From an uncultured bacterium (GTDB lineage: Bacteria; Caldisericota; Caldisericia; B22-G15): a stretch of DNA of 38,449 nucleotides. How positions within the stretch are numbered: the stretch's first letter is position 1; the number at the start of each line of letters is the position of its first letter. A program made the position numbers and the translations under genes. The notes beneath the pieces were generated by a model that made no database searches, was not told the origin of the DNA, and was given only the letters and a program-made list of their open reading frames with translations. Shown in pieces: positions 34,166 through 38,449 of the stretch. Location: positions 1-38,449 of the forward strand of contig CBFDTJ010000006.1 in NCBI GenBank assembly GCA_965612865.1, written 5' to 3'.

Positions 34166-35512
34166 TATGAAATTGGCGTCTCTCTTCTCCTCCAGCGTAA
34201 CAAAGTAGATGCTGGATAGGTTTTGAACTTTATCTTTACCGAAATTTTTCAATTTTGAAAAATCCAGAAAGAGTATGGTTGTTATATCTCCCGGAACATC
34301 TGAACCCAAGCCTTTCAAAAGTTCATTTAAAGTCTTATTCTCTCCAATCTTCCCAGAGATTATTGAATTTTTTACACCTTCTTCACTACCCAAAAATAGA
34401 AAGTTAGAAAGAATTGAGATGGCTACACTTACACCAGATGAGTTTCTACCAAGAATAAGCTCTGCATCCTCAAAGAGGAATTCTTTAAAAGAAAAGTTAA
34501 AATTTTGTGACAGATAGTTTTTAAAATTCTCTAATTTCTGACCTACCTTCTCCACTCCTCTAAGATTGGAGACAACAACAAAATTTGGTTTTCCATCCTT
34601 CATATCCAGAGATACTATTACATCTTCATTGAACAGAGACAGGAAACCTAAAATATCAAACCCCTGAGTGAAACCAGATATCAGAGGATTCTCTTCCTGA
34701 AGAGAAGATACGGCTTGAGATAGAAAATTTCCAAGATCTCTAACTCCAAATATAAAAAAGGGATTTTCGCCCACAAATCTTAGAATTGTTTCAGAGAGGG
34801 GAACTGGGGTTGTAGGATTAATTTTATTGTAAAAACCCTTCACAAAAAGGGCATCTTTATGAAATTCTGTATAAAAACCTCCCTCACCAACATTTTGAGA
34901 ATTGGCATTAAAGTATCCAAATACATTTGAATCTAATGGAACTTTATCAAGCACCTTCTTAAAACCTTCTGTATTTAAAAGGGAGTCTTCCTTTTTGGTA
35001 TATATCACACTTTTGAAGGTATCAATAGATGTGGTAAAAATAACTGTATCCTTTAGACTGGAGACATAGAATGGTTGGGATACGGGAGAGTAGGGTGTTA
35101 GATTTTCTGATGAAGGAACAATTTCATAAACTGTGAAAGATGAGATTTTCTTTTTCTCAACAACACCCCCACCTTTTTCAATCTCATCTGTAAGGAACAT
35201 GACAAGTTCATTACCTTTTCCTCTCTTTGCATTTATAGATGCAACAAAAGAATTCTCTTTATCCTCAACAAAGAAGATTGAACCATTTTTTTCAGTGTAA
35301 GACAGGAATGTGGTTAATTTCTCATCCTTTATAAAATTCTCCAGAGGGATATCACTAAGATCGTAGTAAAGATAGAAATTTGAGTTTTTTGGGGGATAGA
35401 GATTACCAGAGAACTCTGCTCTCCTAAATGTAATAAATCCTATTTTATAGAGGAGAAATACCCCTCCTGCCAACAAACAGATTATTAATAGAATGATGAT
35501 GAGTTTCTTCAT
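34139..35512 (-). CDS. Membrane-anchored exported protein, possibly DUF3352-like
   Basis: N-terminal hydrophobic anchor; long ORF coupled (ATGA-type overlap region) to the upstream surface protein; family call tentative. Confidence 0.55.
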   Translation of the reverse strand: MKKLIIILLIICLLAGGVFLLYKIGFITFRRAEFSGNLYPPKNSNFYLYYDLSDIPLENFIKDEKLTTFLSYTEKNGSIFFVEDKENSFVASINAKRGKGNELVMFLTDEIEKGGGVVEKKKISSFTVYEIVPSSENLTPYSPVSQPFYVSSLKDTVIFTTSIDTFKSVIYTKKEDSLLNTEGFKKVLDKVPLDSNVFGYFNANSQNVGEGGFYTEFHKDALFVKGFYNKINPTTPVPLSETILRFVGENPFFIFGVRDLGNFLSQAVSSLQEENPLISGFTQGFDILGFLSLFNEDVIVSLDMKDGKPNFVVVSNLRGVEKVGQKLENFKNYLSQNFNFSFKEFLFEDAELILGRNSSGVSVAISILSNFLFLGSEEGVKNSIISGKIGENKTLNELLKGLGSDVPGDITTILFLDFSKLKNFGKDKVQNLSSIYFVTLEEKRDANFILKVEFKKQ

Positions 35513-38379
35513 GGTTTAACACCTACTCTGCTAACAGTTATTTCCACCTCCCTTAAATCAGGATATAGGAATGGAAGGCTCACTTTTATTTTATCACCTA
35601 CTTTAACAATTTCCACTATTGAATTAAATTTTTCACTAAACACAGGAAAAGCTTTATCCTTTATCCTAATCTCTCCTAATTTCTCTGGATTTATAACCAC
35701 ATGGGGAACAGTAGCTTCAACGATAAATGGATAAGCCCAGAAATTTGAATCAACATCACTAAACATACTTAAAACATTGAAACTTGCCTTCCCTCTACCA
35801 ATAGCTTTAAGGACAATTACGAGAAACTCAGCTCTTGTAATCAATCTATCGGGTTTAAATGTTCCATCAGGATAACCCTTCATAACTTCTGCCTTAACCA
35901 CAGCACCAATTATTCCTCTTCCCCAGTAATCTTCCTTCACATCTTTAAATCCCGTTGAGTAATCTTCTCTTAAAGATAGGATTTTAAATATAACTGCACT
36001 GGCTTCTATCCTCGTCATATATTTCTCTGGTTTAAATGTTCCATCGGGGTAACCTTTCATTATTCCATTTCCTACGACGGAGGATACGAACTCACCTCCC
36101 CAATAATTGGAAGGAATATCCTTTGGCAGGAAGGAGATGGAGGGTTTAAGTAAAAGAGCATTGGTTATAATGGCACTGGCTTCAACTCTTTTTAATGGAA
36201 GGTCTGGTTTAAAACTTCCATCTGGAAAACCAGAAATTATTGCCTGGTGGTACACTCTTAAACAATTAACAAATATTTTAAATTCCTTCCTGATTCCATT
36301 AAAACTTAAAGTAAAGTTCTTATACTCTTTACACCCTTCTGTAATTTTAAATTTTAACTTTAATACCTTAGTCTCCCCCTCAGGAATAGATTTTAAAGTG
36401 TAGGAAATTTCTCCACTTTTTACTCTAACCATCGGAGTTGAAGATAGAAAACTTACACCATTGTCAAATGAGAGTCTAATCAGCTTTTCTTCACTTTCCT
36501 TGTTTCCAGAATTTGTAAAACTTATCTTTATCTCAAACTCCTCTAAGAGTTTAGCTTCCCTCGGAAAATCAAGACTAAAAGTTACATTCTCTCTCCCCTC
36601 TCCTTTTATAATTATTAAAACTTCATGCTCAATTGGTTTAATATCTGTGCCTTTCAAGGTGAAAGTTAAAGAAACATTCTTATCGTCTATAACATTTTCT
36701 GACTTTAAAGTAATGGATACATTTATTTCCTCGTCCGGTTTTAAACTAAGAATACTAATAGTAAAAACTTTTTCTTTTGAATTAAAGCCTCCCATGGAAG
36801 AAGAGATAAAACTAAAATCGTGAGGTACATTAAACGAAAGTTTGATATTCTTACCAATGTCATTACCTGTATTTTTTATGTTTATTTTTATATTAAATAT
36901 TGAATTAGCACTGACTTCTTCGGGGGATTCCACTTTAAACACTATATTTGGTTTACCAGAAACAGTAAACTTGGTTTCTTCGTCTCCAGTGTCGCTATTT
37001 GGAATTCCATCATCAAATTCATCCTTGTCTGTTTTCTCTTTAAGTAAGAGTTCATCTATGGGGTAATAATTCACCTCTCCTTGAAGAGAGATATCTGTTC
37101 CTACATCAATAGAGTCTGGTATAAGAGATGAAAATGAAATTGTAACAAACGAATTTGGTCCTATAGTTATATTCTTTACATAGATTGTATTATTTTTCAC
37201 GTTGCCTTCTGCACCATTGGGTAGAAAATCCAATTTTACATCTTTTAAAACGTCGGGAATGGGACATTCAAAAGTAACCTCATTTATTCCCATGTCTCCT
37301 TTGTTACTTATTTTTGCAGTAAACTTTACCCTCTCACCTCTCTCAGCTGAACTTGAAACTGAAAGAATAGCATCAAGGAATGGGAAAGACACAAGTTTCT
37401 TATTTAAAGAGAACTCTGAAGTTCCTGTATCTTTGTTAGTTAGAGTGGCAGTTACATATTGACCTTCCTTCGCCTCACCAATAATTATGAGACTTTCATT
37501 TCCTGAATTTACATTACTTCTACCGAGAAATCTCTCACTATCTCCATGATAGGGAGATGAGTCGGGATCCATAGGGTGGGGGGAGATTTTACCATTATAA
37601 TTGGAGAGAAAAACTTCCAGAGTACCATCCACTTCATTCTCAACCTCTATTGCTATTCCTCTACCCACTAAACCTACATTTAAAATTTCTGGTGGAGGGG
37701 TTTTATTATTAGAGTTTATTATTATTCCCCTGTAATCATTGTTGGTTACAATGTTCTCTGATAAAACATTGGGGACAGATGTCTCTTCCTCTATAAAAAT
37801 AGCCTTTTTATTAGAATCAAAAGTATTTCCCCTTAACACGTTATTCTTTGAGTGATTTGATATATCTATACAGGTATTATTATTTGTAAAGGAATTCTCA
37901 AAAATCTCATTTTTTTCAGAGAAGGATTCTATAAATATACCTGTATTGTTTTTATCAAATTTATTTGAGTAGATTTGGACTTTCGTGCCATATAAAAGAT
38001 GAATTCCATTCTCATTCTCTGTAAACTCATTATTAAAAATGTCATTTTCAATGTTATGAGAGTCTCTAACCCATATGCCATCTGTATTTCTTAAAATTTT
38101 ATTATCGTGGAGTTTATTTTTGATGGAGTTATAGAAAACTCTGATTCCAGAATCACACTTAACCACGGTGGAATTTTTTATTTCATTGTTCATAGAGTAG
38201 TAAAGCCTTATCCCATAGGTGTTGTTCTCTGCATAGAAACCATCTATCACATTGTAATTTGAATAGTATAGATACAGACCGTATTGCAAATTACTGACAG
38301 ATACATTTCTTATTTTTACCCCATTTGCTTTGTAGAGATAAATACCTATATTTGCGTTTCTTATGGATATATTGTGTAT
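35509..38379 (-). CDS. Cell-surface protein: parallel beta-helix + Ig-like (DUF11/CARDB-like) domains + three C-terminal SLH; 5'-truncated
   Basis: Asn-rich NNxxGIxL repeats, TATLT...GTSEFS, ISNKG/IKNTG/FTNSG Ig strands, three GF/YPDG.FKP SLH repeats (KRVE, TRIE, TRAE). Confidence 0.85.
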   Translation of the reverse strand: MHNISIRNANIGIYLYKANGVKIRNVSVSNLQYGLYLYYSNYNVIDGFYAENNTYGIRLYYSMNNEIKNSTVVKCDSGIRVFYNSIKNKLHDNKILRNTDGIWVRDSHNIENDIFNNEFTENENGIHLLYGTKVQIYSNKFDKNNTGIFIESFSEKNEIFENSFTNNNTCIDISNHSKNNVLRGNTFDSNKKAIFIEEETSVPNVLSENIVTNNDYRGIIINSNNKTPPPEILNVGLVGRGIAIEVENEVDGTLEVFLSNYNGKISPHPMDPDSSPYHGDSERFLGRSNVNSGNESLIIIGEAKEGQYVTATLTNKDTGTSEFSLNKKLVSFPFLDAILSVSSSAERGERVKFTAKISNKGDMGINEVTFECPIPDVLKDVKLDFLPNGAEGNVKNNTIYVKNITIGPNSFVTISFSSLIPDSIDVGTDISLQGEVNYYPIDELLLKEKTDKDEFDDGIPNSDTGDEETKFTVSGKPNIVFKVESPEEVSANSIFNIKINIKNTGNDIGKNIKLSFNVPHDFSFISSSMGGFNSKEKVFTISILSLKPDEEINVSITLKSENVIDDKNVSLTFTLKGTDIKPIEHEVLIIIKGEGRENVTFSLDFPREAKLLEEFEIKISFTNSGNKESEEKLIRLSFDNGVSFLSSTPMVRVKSGEISYTLKSIPEGETKVLKLKFKITEGCKEYKNFTLSFNGIRKEFKIFVNCLRVYHQAIISGFPDGSFKPDLPLKRVEASAIITNALLLKPSISFLPKDIPSNYWGGEFVSSVVGNGIMKGYPDGTFKPEKYMTRIEASAVIFKILSLREDYSTGFKDVKEDYWGRGIIGAVVKAEVMKGYPDGTFKPDRLITRAEFLVIVLKAIGRGKASFNVLSMFSDVDSNFWAYPFIVEATVPHVVINPEKLGEIRIKDKAFPVFSEKFNSIVEIVKVGDKIKVSLPFLYPDLREVEITVSRVGVKP

Positions 38380-38449
38380 CTGTCTCTTATACACATCTGA
38401 CGCTGCCGACGAAGGCTTAGGTGTAGATCTCGGTGGTCGCCGTATCATT
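38380..38449 (-). other. Sequencing artefact: Nextera read-1 adapter + i5 index + Illumina P5 (reverse complement)
   Basis: CTGTCTCTTATACACATCT (38380-38398), GACGCTGCCGACGA, index AGGCTTAG (38413-38420), GTGTAGATCTCGGTGGTCGCCGTATCATT. Confidence 0.99.

Noticed and set aside
35852..36231. GGTTTAAATGTTCCATC-like repeats every ~177 bp (also near 19251 and 19434)
   Set aside because: They encode the GY/FPDGTFKP core of tandem SLH domains.
451..37462. Numerous short ORFs opposite or inside real genes (e.g. 818-1264, 2231-2761, 23425-23847, 36461-36823)
   Set aside because: Ser/Phe/Leu-rich antisense shadows of Glu/Lys-rich genes, with no motifs or RBS.
53..38398. 19-bp terminal inverted repeats (AGATGTGTATAAGAGACAG / CTGTCTCTTATACACATCT) resembling the ends of a 38-kb transposon or linear element
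   Set aside because: They are the synthetic Tn5 mosaic ends of Nextera adapters, flanked by P5/P7 and indices; no transposase is present.
1..38449. tRNA, rRNA, riboswitch or IS elements
   Set aside because: Intergenic gaps are short and explained by promoters, hairpins or the palindrome array; none was recognisable by eye. An Rfam/tRNAscan run would be decisive.

Overview
Low-GC bacterial contig, densely coding and mostly minus-strand. Lys/Glu/Ile-rich proteins and SLH domains suggest an anaerobic thermophile, possibly Caldisericota-like (inference only). Both ends are untrimmed Illumina Nextera adapters (1-71 and 38380-38449), so the two terminal genes are truncated and the first 23 aa of the 979-aa ORF are artefact. 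Contents: (i) a ~12.4 kb tightly coupled minus-strand run recA-recX-rny-ymdB-tRNA nucleotidyltransferase-miaB-UPF0282-dprA-recG-rsmD-coaD-DivIVA/SepIVA-like-yceD; (ii) divIVA-DUF167; (iii) an Opp/Dpp ABC operon whose binding protein carries three SLH domains instead of a lipobox; (iv) an AAA_14/wHTH/DUF4143 ATPase-nuclease preceded by three phased 19-bp palindromes; (v) HIT-EndoQ-DUF2284 converging on ftcD-dinB; (vi) a patatin; (vii) zincin-GAF/GGDEF cyclase-UPF0182, divergent across a 28-bp bidirectional leaderless promoter from a DUF4388 protein with tandem MshEN-like motifs, SsnA and DUF401; (viii) a membrane-anchored protein and a beta-helix/Ig/SLH surface protein. The best candidates for an undescribed system are the operator-array ATPase-nuclease cassette, the divergent cyclase/MshEN-like module and the SLH-tethered OppA. 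I saw no rRNA, tRNA, CRISPR array or transposase. Family calls come from motif recognition by eye, not database searches.
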